Assembly: GCA_040879785.1 (NCBI GenBank)
Contig: JBBDJR010000004.1
Coordinates: 14,778-78,777 of the forward strand
DNA: 64,000 nt
Reading direction: 5' to 3'
Source: Candidatus Pacearchaeota archaeon
GTDB taxonomy: Archaea; Nanobdellota; Nanobdellia; Pacearchaeales; GW2011-AR1
Shown: piece by piece, positions 28,392-36,539 of the stretch
How positions within the stretch are numbered: position 1 is the first letter of the stretch
Layout: every line of letters starts with the position of its first letter
Program-made: the position numbers and the translations under genes
The notes under the pieces: generated by a model
The model's input: the letters and a program-made list of their open reading frames with translations, nothing else
What the model was told of the DNA's origin: nothing
The model's database searches: none

Positions 28392-28667
28392 TTAAATATG
28401 CAATATCTTGAAGCTTTTAAAATCTTGGAATCTCTCTTTTTTTTGTGTAACTTTTCTTATTTGCGAGTGTCTTGGACCTTTTCCTGAAATTTCTATCATT
28501 TTATTCACATTATCTACATTCCCTTCAAGGAAAACTTCTACACGGCCGTCTTCAAGATTCCTTACAAACCCTTTAACATCATACCTCTCCGCATTTTCCT
28601 TGATAAATGCTCTATAAAATATCCCTTGTACTGTTCCTTCAATATAAAGCCTCACAGATTTTTTCAT
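28392..28667 (-). CDS. acyP: Acylphosphatase
   Basis: GTVQGIFYR and GFVRNLEDGRVE motifs. Confidence 0.95.
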   Translation of the reverse strand: MKKSVRLYIEGTVQGIFYRAFIKENAERYDVKGFVRNLEDGRVEVFLEGNVDNVNKMIEISGKGPRHSQIRKVTQKKERFQDFKSFKILHI

Positions 28668-28719
28668 AAAAATATATAGGAAGGGGGATTTATTAAGTTT
28701 TATCCACAGAAAAAAGAAT

Positions 28720-29310
28720 CTAAAGACCTCTCAAATCAAGTTCGTTATTAAGGATCGTAATTGTTTGGCTGGCGAAATATGTTTCCGGACCGACAGAAAC
28801 AAGCTTAGCGGTTTTTTTAAGTCGCTTTAGTTCTTTTTTTGGAAGCCCGTCATGGTCTCCTATTATAAAAACACTATCTCCAGAAATTTCCACATCTCTT
28901 AAATTATTCCCTTTTTCATCAAGGATAAATATTTCTTTACTTTCTTTTCTAAGTTCCTCAACAACATCAAGAAAACTTTTCTTTTCTATGAAACATCCCG
29001 GGACAACTTCAACTTTTTTCCCATCTTTATGTTTGTAAAGGATTTTCTTCAAAAGATTCCCCATATCTTTTTTGCTCAGTTCTGTTTCAGGACTGACCCG
29101 AAGTTCTATGTGTTTCGGAGGGTCCGGCATTCCATAAAATATTAGATGGAGAACAACATTATCTCTTAATTTGTTTGAAACGAAAAAAGAATTTATTATT
29201 GTGTGAATAGCGATGTCTATCCTGCCGGCTTTCATTAAATCCACATTTTTCCCGGATAACGCCTTTCCCGACGTCTGGGCTGTCGATGAAAAGTATATGA
29301 AGTGTCTCAT
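28720..29310 (-). CDS. trmY: tRNA (pseudouridine54-N1)-methyltransferase, SPOUT
   Basis: GRIDI, FIIGDHDGL, VSVGP..YFASQTITILNNELD. Confidence 0.9.
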   Translation of the reverse strand: MRHFIYFSSTAQTSGKALSGKNVDLMKAGRIDIAIHTIINSFFVSNKLRDNVVLHLIFYGMPDPPKHIELRVSPETELSKKDMGNLLKKILYKHKDGKKVEVVPGCFIEKKSFLDVVEELRKESKEIFILDEKGNNLRDVEISGDSVFIIGDHDGLPKKELKRLKKTAKLVSVGPETYFASQTITILNNELDLRGL

Positions 29311-30212
29311 TTTAAATTGATTGGTTGCAAGACAAATTCAGGCCTCGCGAATATTTCACCTTCTGATGTAACTTTATAGATCCCTATAAATGTTTCTCCT
29401 GAAAACGCACAGAATTTCTCAATATCTTTAGCCTCTTTTTTGCCCTTTAAGAATTCGTAATGGAGCGGGCTTCCGTGAAGGAGTTTGTCTGCATACTTCT
29501 CCTTGACCTGAACAACAGGATATAATTCTGTAATAATTTCCCCCGGAATAATTATTTCTCTAAGAGGTTTTTCATCACCTTTTTTGAAAGACTCAATAGC
29601 TTTTTCTAAATCATAAAGATTCACAGAAGGGTATTCTTTATCGTCTTCATTAAAAATCCCTGCTCTCACACGACGAAGCTCAAGCATATGCGCCCCGGTT
29701 TTAAGATAATCTCCGAGGTCATGTACTAGTTTTCTTATATAAGTCCCGCCGGCACACACAACTTTAAATAAAATATTCTGCCCATCTTTCTCAATAATTT
29801 CAAAACTCTTTATTTCCCTTTCTCTTTCCTGTCTTTTAACTCTTGACTTAACGGGTGGCAACTGTGTTATCATTCCTGTAAACTTTTCCGCTATCGCTTT
29901 ATTAATATCTCCAATACTAACTTCCTTGTGTGTTCTCATTATCCCAACATATTCTTTATCTTCACCTATAAAAAATCCTGTGAGTTTGCACGCCCTGTTT
30001 AAAGCAACAGGCAAAACCCCTGTAACCTTGGGATCCAGAGTCCCAAAATGAGAAGTCTTTCTGGCTTTGATTCCTGCCGAATTTAACGTTTTCCTAACTA
30101 AATCAGAAACGTTAAAGCTTGTGGGACCCGAAGGCTTATCAATATTTAAAATTCCAAACTCTAAGAGATCTTCAGTAGTTTTATTTTTCTTTATTTTTTC
30201 TTTATTTACCAT
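29307..30212 (-). CDS. cbf5: Pseudouridine synthase Cbf5/TruB
   Basis: DKPSGPTS, HFGTLDPKVTGVL, GTYIRKL motifs; PUA-like C-terminus. Confidence 0.95.
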   Translation of the reverse strand: MVNKEKIKKNKTTEDLLEFGILNIDKPSGPTSFNVSDLVRKTLNSAGIKARKTSHFGTLDPKVTGVLPVALNRACKLTGFFIGEDKEYVGIMRTHKEVSIGDINKAIAEKFTGMITQLPPVKSRVKRQEREREIKSFEIIEKDGQNILFKVVCAGGTYIRKLVHDLGDYLKTGAHMLELRRVRAGIFNEDDKEYPSVNLYDLEKAIESFKKGDEKPLREIIIPGEIITELYPVVQVKEKYADKLLHGSPLHYEFLKGKKEAKDIEKFCAFSGETFIGIYKVTSEGEIFARPEFVLQPINLK

Positions 30213-30327
30213 TTTTGATTATAAGAGAGAGGGTTTATATAAATAATTGTCTGGATTGAGAACAACAATTCAATTTAAATTTGGCTGTTTTTAAAGATTT
30301 TAAAATGCTTAATTTTATTAATTCTGG

Positions 30328-30999
30328 ATGAAAATGGTTAGTATGGAATTTCAAAAATACAATATTACTGATAAAATTTATCTCTTAGTTTTCGAGAAGC
30401 AGAAAGACTTGGGAGAGACTTTTGTAAGATTTCAAGAGCATTATGAGTCTCCTGAATTTGCAGGAAGGATTTTTTCTCTGGAGGAATATAAAGATTGGTA
30501 TATTAAGAATATGCCAAATGCTAGAGAGAAAAGCAGGTTTACATATTATGAAGACTGGAATGGTTTTAATATTCCTTCTTATGTTATGAGGTCTTTTTAT
30601 GAAGGGAGATTCAACCCTCTTTCTGAAAAAGAACAAAAGATACTCGACTTATTTAGAAATGAAGAAGAACCTTTTTACATAATCGGGACGAATAAAGAAG
30701 TTGAAGATTTGGAAGGATATTTAAGACATGAAACTGCCCACGGTTTATTTTATACAGACAAAAAGTATCGGGATAAGGTTTTGAAAATTATTTCCGAATT
30801 TGACACTAGCAAAATGGAGAATGAATTAGTGGAACAAGGATATCATACAGAAGTCTTGAAGGATGAAGTTCATGCTTATAGTATAGATTATGAAGACAGT
30901 TTGAAAAATTGTCTTACTAAGGAAGCGAGAGAAATATTAAGAGAGGTTTATAAGGAATATCTAAAAAAGAACAATGCTTCATTTCCAGAGATAAAATGA
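30328..30999 (+). CDS. Hypothetical protein with HExxH motif
   Basis: RFQEHYESP, LRHETAHG, DEVHAY; possible zincin. Confidence 0.6.
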   Translation: MKMVSMEFQKYNITDKIYLLVFEKQKDLGETFVRFQEHYESPEFAGRIFSLEEYKDWYIKNMPNAREKSRFTYYEDWNGFNIPSYVMRSFYEGRFNPLSEKEQKILDLFRNEEEPFYIIGTNKEVEDLEGYLRHETAHGLFYTDKKYRDKVLKIISEFDTSKMENELVEQGYHTEVLKDEVHAYSIDYEDSLKNCLTKEAREILREVYKEYLKKNNASFPEIK

Positions 31000-31607
31000 G
31001 CCCTAAAAAAGCAATAAAGCAGTTGAAAGAATTGGAGAAAGAAGGTAAGACTATGAGGCTCGCCGCAGAGGCTTGGAAAAATGATTACGAAACACTTGTC
31101 TCCACCATCTTGTCTGCTCGCTCTTTAGACGAGATAACTATAAAATACTCAACGATTTTATTTGAGAAATATCCGACTCCTGAAGCCCTTTCAAAAGCGT
31201 CGGTAAGCGAAGTTGAGAAAATAATATTTCCTATAAACTTTTATCAGAACAAATCCAAATATATAATAAACTGTGCAAGAAAACTGGTAGAGGTTTACAA
31301 AGGCAAAGTACCACACGATTTTGAGAAGTTGATTGAACTGCCCGGAGTGGGAAGGAAAACCGCGAACGTTTTTTTGTCTCAAACGGGAAAAGACGCTATT
31401 GGCGTAGACACTCACGTTTCATACATCTCACAAAAACTCGGCTGGACGAAAAACGAGAATCCTGACAGAATTGAAGAAGACCTGAAAAAAACCTTTCCTG
31501 AAAAATACTGGAGTAAAGTCAATCCTACTCTCGTAAGATTTGGAAAGACACATACAAGCAGAAGAAAAAAAGACGAAATTTTAAAGGAGATTAAGAAGGT
31601 AAAATGA
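30996..31607 (+). CDS. nth: Endonuclease III (HhH-GPD), lacking the Fe-S motif
   Basis: LPGVGRKTANV, VDTHV; no C-terminal Cys cluster. Confidence 0.92.
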   Translation: MSPKKAIKQLKELEKEGKTMRLAAEAWKNDYETLVSTILSARSLDEITIKYSTILFEKYPTPEALSKASVSEVEKIIFPINFYQNKSKYIINCARKLVEVYKGKVPHDFEKLIELPGVGRKTANVFLSQTGKDAIGVDTHVSYISQKLGWTKNENPDRIEEDLKKTFPEKYWSKVNPTLVRFGKTHTSRRKKDEILKEIKKVK

Positions 31608-32041
31608 AAAATAAAAACCTAAAGATTTATTTTGCAGCCTCAATAAGAGGTGGAAGAGGCGATTCAGATTTGTACAAGGAATTAATCGATTACTTGAAAG
31701 GATTTGGTGAAGTTTTGTCAGAGCATATTGGAGATAAATCATTGACTCAAAAAGGGTCTAAGGGTTCTGAGAGAGGTATTCACGATGAGGATTTGAAATG
31801 GTTATTTATGTCAGATGTTGTAGTAGCAGAAGTTACCAATCCTAGTTTGGGGGTTGGATACGAGATCAGGGCAGCATTGGAGAAAGGAAAGAAAATATTG
31901 ACACTTTACAGGTTATCTGAAGGCAAGAAACTTTCTGCTATGATAAAAGGCTCTCCAGAGGTAGATAATTTTAACTATAAGGATGTAGAAGAAGCTAAAT
32001 CAATAATAAGGAATTATTTTGAAAATGAACTCCATAATTGA
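31604..32041 (+). CDS. Nucleoside 2-deoxyribosyltransferase / DNPH1-like N-hydrolase
   Basis: IYFAASIRGGR, DVVVAEVTNPSLGVGYE, LSAMIKG. Confidence 0.9.
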   Translation: MKNKNLKIYFAASIRGGRGDSDLYKELIDYLKGFGEVLSEHIGDKSLTQKGSKGSERGIHDEDLKWLFMSDVVVAEVTNPSLGVGYEIRAALEKGKKILTLYRLSEGKKLSAMIKGSPEVDNFNYKDVEEAKSIIRNYFENELHN

Positions 32042-32651
32042 ACTAATTGAAAAACTTAAGAACGAGCCCGTGAGCGAAACAATAAGTCAGAGGATGAAAG
32101 AATTTGAAGATCTCGGCAAAAAACATTCCAATGAGATTTTCAAGGAACTTTGTTTCTGCCTCCTTACAGCAAACTTCAGCGCGGCAGGAGGAATAAAAAT
32201 TCAAAACGAAATCGGAGACGGGTTTTTACATCTAACCGAAAAAGAACTTGCAACAAAACTTTCAGATCTGGGCCACAGGTTTCCTAACGCAAGAGCAAAA
32301 TATATTCTTGAATCACAAAAGCACAAAGATAATTTAAAAGAAACTCTCACTTTTTTAAAGGATGACGAAGAAGCTCGAGACTGGCTCATCAAAAACATAA
32401 AAGGACTCGGAATGAAAGAGGCCAGCCATTTTTTAAGAAACATAGGGTACAAAAACGTCGCAATCCTTGATTTTCATATAATTGACCTTCTTGTAGGCGA
32501 GGGCATCATAGAAAGACCGAAGACACTAACTCCAAAAAGATATCTTGAAATTGAAAATTCCTTAAAAGAGTTGTCGGAGAAAACACAAATTCCCTTAGGA
32601 GAACTTGATTTATATCTTTGGCACCACGAAACCGGGAAAGTTTTGAAATAG
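32019..32651 (+). CDS. ogg: 8-oxoguanine DNA glycosylase/AP lyase (Ogg2 type)
   Basis: ELCFCLLTAN, GLGMKEASHFLRN, AILDFH, LDLYLW...TGKVLK. Confidence 0.93.
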   Translation: MKMNSIIELIEKLKNEPVSETISQRMKEFEDLGKKHSNEIFKELCFCLLTANFSAAGGIKIQNEIGDGFLHLTEKELATKLSDLGHRFPNARAKYILESQKHKDNLKETLTFLKDDEEARDWLIKNIKGLGMKEASHFLRNIGYKNVAILDFHIIDLLVGEGIIERPKTLTPKRYLEIENSLKELSEKTQIPLGELDLYLWHHETGKVLK

Positions 32652-32706
32652 CTACGTAAAAGTTTATAAACCCTTTAAGACAGTTCTAACAGTTAAATTT
32701 CTTAAA

Positions 32707-33372
32707 ATGAGAAAAAGATTCAAAACTATCAAGTATGCTGCAATTCCTTTTTTAGTTGGGGCTCTAATATTCAATGGTCCAACAAACAAGGAGAATTTCG
32801 GAAAAGTATTAGATGATAAGATTATTGAACCCTTAAGTCTAACAGCAGTTGATGTGAAAGATGCTTTAGAATATAAGCTAGACCTTAACAATCCTCCAGA
32901 AAGAATCTCTGAAACATTACGAGATGTTTATGAAAGTATATCCATTCCGAAACCAGATTATTTTAATAAAGAATTCATCAAAGAAATTATAAGGGTTGAG
33001 TCAGGATTCGATTCTAATGCAGTAAGCAACAGAGGTGCAAGAGGGTTGATGCAACTTATGGAAGGAACGTTTAAAGAGAGAAGCCGGGAAATATATGATA
33101 AATCTCTTTCATTTGACAAAGCTTTTGATCCTGAGGTAAATATTCGTGTCGGAATACATCATCTTTTGTGGATAAATCAATATGCTGAGAGAAGGCATCC
33201 TCAATGGAATGAACTAGATAACTATGAAAAAATGAGGGCAGTAAAATCAGCTTATAACGCAGGCGCTTTTAGAATGGCTAGTAGAGATTGGGATATTAAG
33301 AGAGCTCCTCTTGAAACAAGAAGATATATAGATAGGATTGAGAGAGGACTAAAAGGTCAGTTTGATTTATAA
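32707..33372 (+). CDS. Soluble lytic transglycosylase (SLT) domain protein with N-terminal anchor
   Basis: IIRVES (catalytic Glu), AVS..GARGLMQLM, AYNAG, ETRRY motifs. Confidence 0.92.
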   Translation: MRKRFKTIKYAAIPFLVGALIFNGPTNKENFGKVLDDKIIEPLSLTAVDVKDALEYKLDLNNPPERISETLRDVYESISIPKPDYFNKEFIKEIIRVESGFDSNAVSNRGARGLMQLMEGTFKERSREIYDKSLSFDKAFDPEVNIRVGIHHLLWINQYAERRHPQWNELDNYEKMRAVKSAYNAGAFRMASRDWDIKRAPLETRRYIDRIERGLKGQFDL

Positions 33373-33375
33373 GAA

Positions 33376-33972
33376 TTATTTCTTCAGAGCCTTCCTCTGC
33401 TGCTGCTTTGGTTGCTTAGACATTTTCGTCTGATGCTTAGACATCTGAGCCGCTTTCTTGGCCTGCTCTTTTCCTGCCTCAACTACCGAAGCTTTTTTCT
33501 CTTCTTTTTCTTGCTGAGTTTCAGGCTCTTCCTTTTTACCTTCTTCACCTGATTTTTCTTTATCTTTAGATTCTTCTTCAGGCTCTTCCGGTTTCTTTTC
33601 TTCTTTCTTTTCCAAAGATTCTAATGACTTTTGTTTTCTCTTATCCAGCTTGGCCTTTCTGAATTTGATCTTGTCAGGGAAATCCATAAGCTCAACCCTA
33701 ATCACATCTCCTTCTCTAAATGCTTTTACCTTAACTCTTGCAGGAGGATTCTTTATCCCTCTCATCCATAAAAAATTGTTAAGATATGTATCAAGCTTAA
33801 TTTTGTTTAGATCCCTGTCGCGAATTTTCATATGCCTGGCAAGAAACTCTTTCACAGCTTTAACAGCCTTATTGGTTTTCTTATATCTAGCTTCCTTAAT
33901 CCATTTACTTCTAAGAGGAATTGTATATTCTCTTTCTTCTCCCTTAGTTTCTTGTTTTTTTTCTTCCGCCAT
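33376..33972 (-). CDS. rpl31e: 50S ribosomal protein eL31 with charged C-terminal extension
   Basis: EREYTIPLR, LNNFLWMRGIKNPP. Confidence 0.95.
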   Translation of the reverse strand: MAEEKKQETKGEEREYTIPLRSKWIKEARYKKTNKAVKAVKEFLARHMKIRDRDLNKIKLDTYLNNFLWMRGIKNPPARVKVKAFREGDVIRVELMDFPDKIKFRKAKLDKRKQKSLESLEKKEEKKPEEPEEESKDKEKSGEEGKKEEPETQQEKEEKKASVVEAGKEQAKKAAQMSKHQTKMSKQPKQQQRKALKK

Positions 33973-33991
33973 TTTATATTATAATTTTCAA

Positions 33992-34195
33992 TTACCCAAA
34001 ATGAGATTTTTTCTGTTTTCTTGGTTTAATATGCAGTTTTGTTCTCTTCCACGATCTTCTGTTTTGTGTCATAGCAGACGGATGCACTTTTTTCCCAACC
34101 CCATATTTTCTTAAAACAGCCCATACCGGAGCCCATTTCGTCTGCTTTCCCTTCTTGGAAAGTCTTGATTTTTTATCCTTATTTTTTATGCCCAT
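33992..34195 (-). CDS. rpl39e: 50S ribosomal protein eL39
   Basis: APVWAVLR, RRSWKRTKL; synteny with eS19 and eL31. Confidence 0.88.
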   Translation of the reverse strand: MGIKNKDKKSRLSKKGKQTKWAPVWAVLRKYGVGKKVHPSAMTQNRRSWKRTKLHIKPRKQKKSHFG

Positions 34196-34196
34196 C

Positions 34197-34646
34197 TTAT
34201 TTTATACTCTCCATGAATTTTTTACCTTTCTCTGTAATCTGTCTTCCGGGTCTCTTGCTTCTTACCCCTTTGATATCTTTAGCAATTTCTGTGAACTCCG
34301 CCTTATCAGATTGCTGTAAAATACTTCTTATTATCTTTCCTCCACTTTTTCTAAACTTTTCAGGTCTTGCCCCTCTCTCTTTCTTGCTTCCATATCTATT
34401 TTTTAGTCGATTAACTCCAACGATTTTTCTTTTGTAAACTTGCCTCAGAATACTTGCAGCTCTTTTATACCAAAAATCTTCATCGTCAATCGGCCTCGAT
34501 TTTCCGGAGCCGGACTTAACAAACTCAATCCAGGCAGGCTTCTTAAATTCAGGGATTTTTTTTAGAGCCTCTGCTAACTTAAGATTGTAATCTTGGCTTT
34601 CTAAATCATAAATAGGATTTTTTATATTTTCCATTTTTATTAACAA
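34197..34646 (-). CDS. rps19e: 30S ribosomal protein eS19 (likely start ATG 34634)
   Basis: PAWIEFVKSG, WYKRAASILR, GGKIIRSILQQ, GRQIT. Confidence 0.96.
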   Translation of the reverse strand: MLIKMENIKNPIYDLESQDYNLKLAEALKKIPEFKKPAWIEFVKSGSGKSRPIDDEDFWYKRAASILRQVYKRKIVGVNRLKNRYGSKKERGARPEKFRKSGGKIIRSILQQSDKAEFTEIAKDIKGVRSKRPGRQITEKGKKFMESIK

Positions 34647-34726
34647 GGCACATCTCTCGATGTTAGAATTTTCAATACTGAAAATTTACCTAATCCAATG
34701 CCGATGATTCAGTTTATAAATTTATC

Positions 34727-35020
34727 TCATTGGCTAAAATTTCTATAATGTTCTTCAGAAGCTACCTGAATTGCATATTGAATGCTTTTTAGATCTATAT
34801 CACTAAGCCCGCGTCCGAAGTCTTTTTTGGATTGAATGTGTCTTATTAACTTATTAGGATCTTTTGAGATACTTTCTAACTCTTCTTTTTTAAACTGAAA
34901 AGATGTTCTATCCCTACTGATCCCATTATCTCGAGGGTTAATTGAAATGTCATACAAATCTCTTCTTCCATCATAAAACACTAGTGCCTCCCCTATCTTA
35001 TCTACATAACACCCATCCAT
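34727..35020 (-). CDS. Hypothetical protein
   Basis: 97-aa ORF with TATA-like box upstream. Confidence 0.55.
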   Translation of the reverse strand: MDGCYVDKIGEALVFYDGRRDLYDISINPRDNGISRDRTSFQFKKEELESISKDPNKLIRHIQSKKDFGRGLSDIDLKSIQYAIQVASEEHYRNFSQ

Positions 35021-35083
35021 AACGAAGAAACAAAATTTCGTTTTATAATGTTTTATATAATCAAAGATATATTTTTACTGAGC

Positions 35084-35329
35084 TTATTCTCGCATGGACT
35101 TTCTCCACTTTTTTAGAAAAATTGAAAACCCGACAATTTTCGAAGTATAGTTCTTCCCTAATTTTTCAAGAATTTCTTCATTAAATTTCTTAACTTTCTC
35201 TCTGTCATGCCCCGCGCCCTTCAAAACACTAACCTTAACGTTTGCGTGTCTATCGAAGTGGCTTCTAAGTGTTTCAATGAAATTACTTGTTAATCCGTTT
35301 TTTCCTAGTTGTACTGTTCCTTGTGTCAT
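35084..35329 (-). CDS. YhbY/CRM RNA-binding protein
   Basis: VQLGKNGLT, VKVSVLK, IVG pattern; usual neighbour of eS19. Confidence 0.85.
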   Translation of the reverse strand: MTQGTVQLGKNGLTSNFIETLRSHFDRHANVKVSVLKGAGHDREKVKKFNEEILEKLGKNYTSKIVGFSIFLKKWRKSMRE

Positions 35330-35387
35330 TATGTTTGCCTCCGTGATTTACATAGTGATGCAGTGAAAATATTTGATTTACTCTGTG

Positions 35388-35765
35388 TCATTTTTTCTCC
35401 CTCTCAAACTTCAAAATATCTCCTTTTTTAACTTTAATCTTTTTTGATTTTTTAACCTTCCAGCTTCCTGGCTTTGAGAACCATGGCTTTGAAATATCTT
35501 TTCCTGTAAAAACATTCAACTCTACATCTTTTTTCTTATCACGCCAGTCCTGGCTGTACTTTGCAACGATTACTCCTGTCCCATAAATTTCTTCCTTTGT
35601 CGGTTTTATTTTTTCAATAACTCCAAAAGGACTCCCGGGAGATTCTGTATGAAGAATTGTATTATTTTTTCCTTTGAATTTCTTCATTAATTCATCGTTG
35701 CTTTCAGAATCTTTCCCAAGAAAAACCCTGGTTCCTGATTTTAATTCAAAATTTCTAAACACCAT
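35388..35765 (-). CDS. NFACT RNA-binding (DUF814) domain protein
   Basis: LGKDSESNDEL, LHTESPGSPF, AKYSQDW, PGSW. Confidence 0.8.
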   Translation of the reverse strand: MVFRNFELKSGTRVFLGKDSESNDELMKKFKGKNNTILHTESPGSPFGVIEKIKPTKEEIYGTGVIVAKYSQDWRDKKKDVELNVFTGKDISKPWFSKPGSWKVKKSKKIKVKKGDILKFEREKK

Positions 35766-35796
35766 GTTAAAAGAAGCAAAGATTAGTTTTTATATC

Positions 35797-36246
35797 TTAT
35801 TTAATTTTATTTTTCAACCAGTCATCAACCAATTTCAAAGATTTTTTCTGGTTTTCCCATTTGACCATTTCAACAGCTTTCTTGAAACCCGTCCATTTAT
35901 AATCTGAATGCTCCCTTACATCAATATTTATTCTTCCTCCTTTAGGCTTCTCAACTTCTGCCGCATATAGGGAAAATGTCTGACCCTTGAATCCAGGACG
36001 GTCAGGATATATTTTCTTGTAATTATATTTTCCAGAAAAATCGAACCCCTTTATCTTAATCGGTTTTAACCCTGTTTCTTCTTTAATCTCACGTTTTACT
36101 GCATTTCTTTTTGTCTCAAAAAAGTTCATTCCTCCTTTCGGAAATTCCCATCCTTTCCAATGAAGTTTTCTCCTTAAAATTAAATATTCAATTCCTTTCT
36201 TTGTTTTTGAATACGTCACGATAAAAATTGCTTTTCTGTATTTCAT
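35797..36246 (-). CDS. NUDIX hydrolase
   Basis: WEFPKGG.....TKRNAVKREIKEETGL Nudix box; EHSDYKW. Confidence 0.93.
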   Translation of the reverse strand: MKYRKAIFIVTYSKTKKGIEYLILRRKLHWKGWEFPKGGMNFFETKRNAVKREIKEETGLKPIKIKGFDFSGKYNYKKIYPDRPGFKGQTFSLYAAEVEKPKGGRINIDVREHSDYKWTGFKKAVEMVKWENQKKSLKLVDDWLKNKIK

Positions 36247-36262
36247 TCTATCAGTCTTTTAT

Positions 36263-36523
36263 TTATTCTTTATCAGAAGGCTTTATCCTAGATACAATCA
36301 TAATGACAATCACTGTAAGGACCGTCACAGCTATTGCGGAAACCAAAGAGTTTTGCAGTGAGCTATCTCCAAGAACACTATTAAAGAACTCTCTGATTAC
36401 ATCCATCCAGGCAAGTCCTGTAACGAATCCCACTGCACCGATTATTGCGACGCTCGACGCTTTCCTAAACTCTCTGTTAATCTTTCTCGTCCTATGTCTA
36501 ATATTTCTTTTTTTCTTCGCCAT
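36263..36523 (-). CDS. Small membrane protein (DUF5654-like)
   Basis: AVGFVTGLAWMDVI; two TMs. Confidence 0.7.
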   Translation of the reverse strand: MAKKKRNIRHRTRKINREFRKASSVAIIGAVGFVTGLAWMDVIREFFNSVLGDSSLQNSLVSAIAVTVLTVIVIMIVSRIKPSDKE

Positions 36524-36539
36524 TTTTATTTAGGTTTAA

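Noticed and set aside
35330..35392. 20-codon ORF with duplicated ATGACACA start before yhbY
   Set aside because: Too short; no supporting motif
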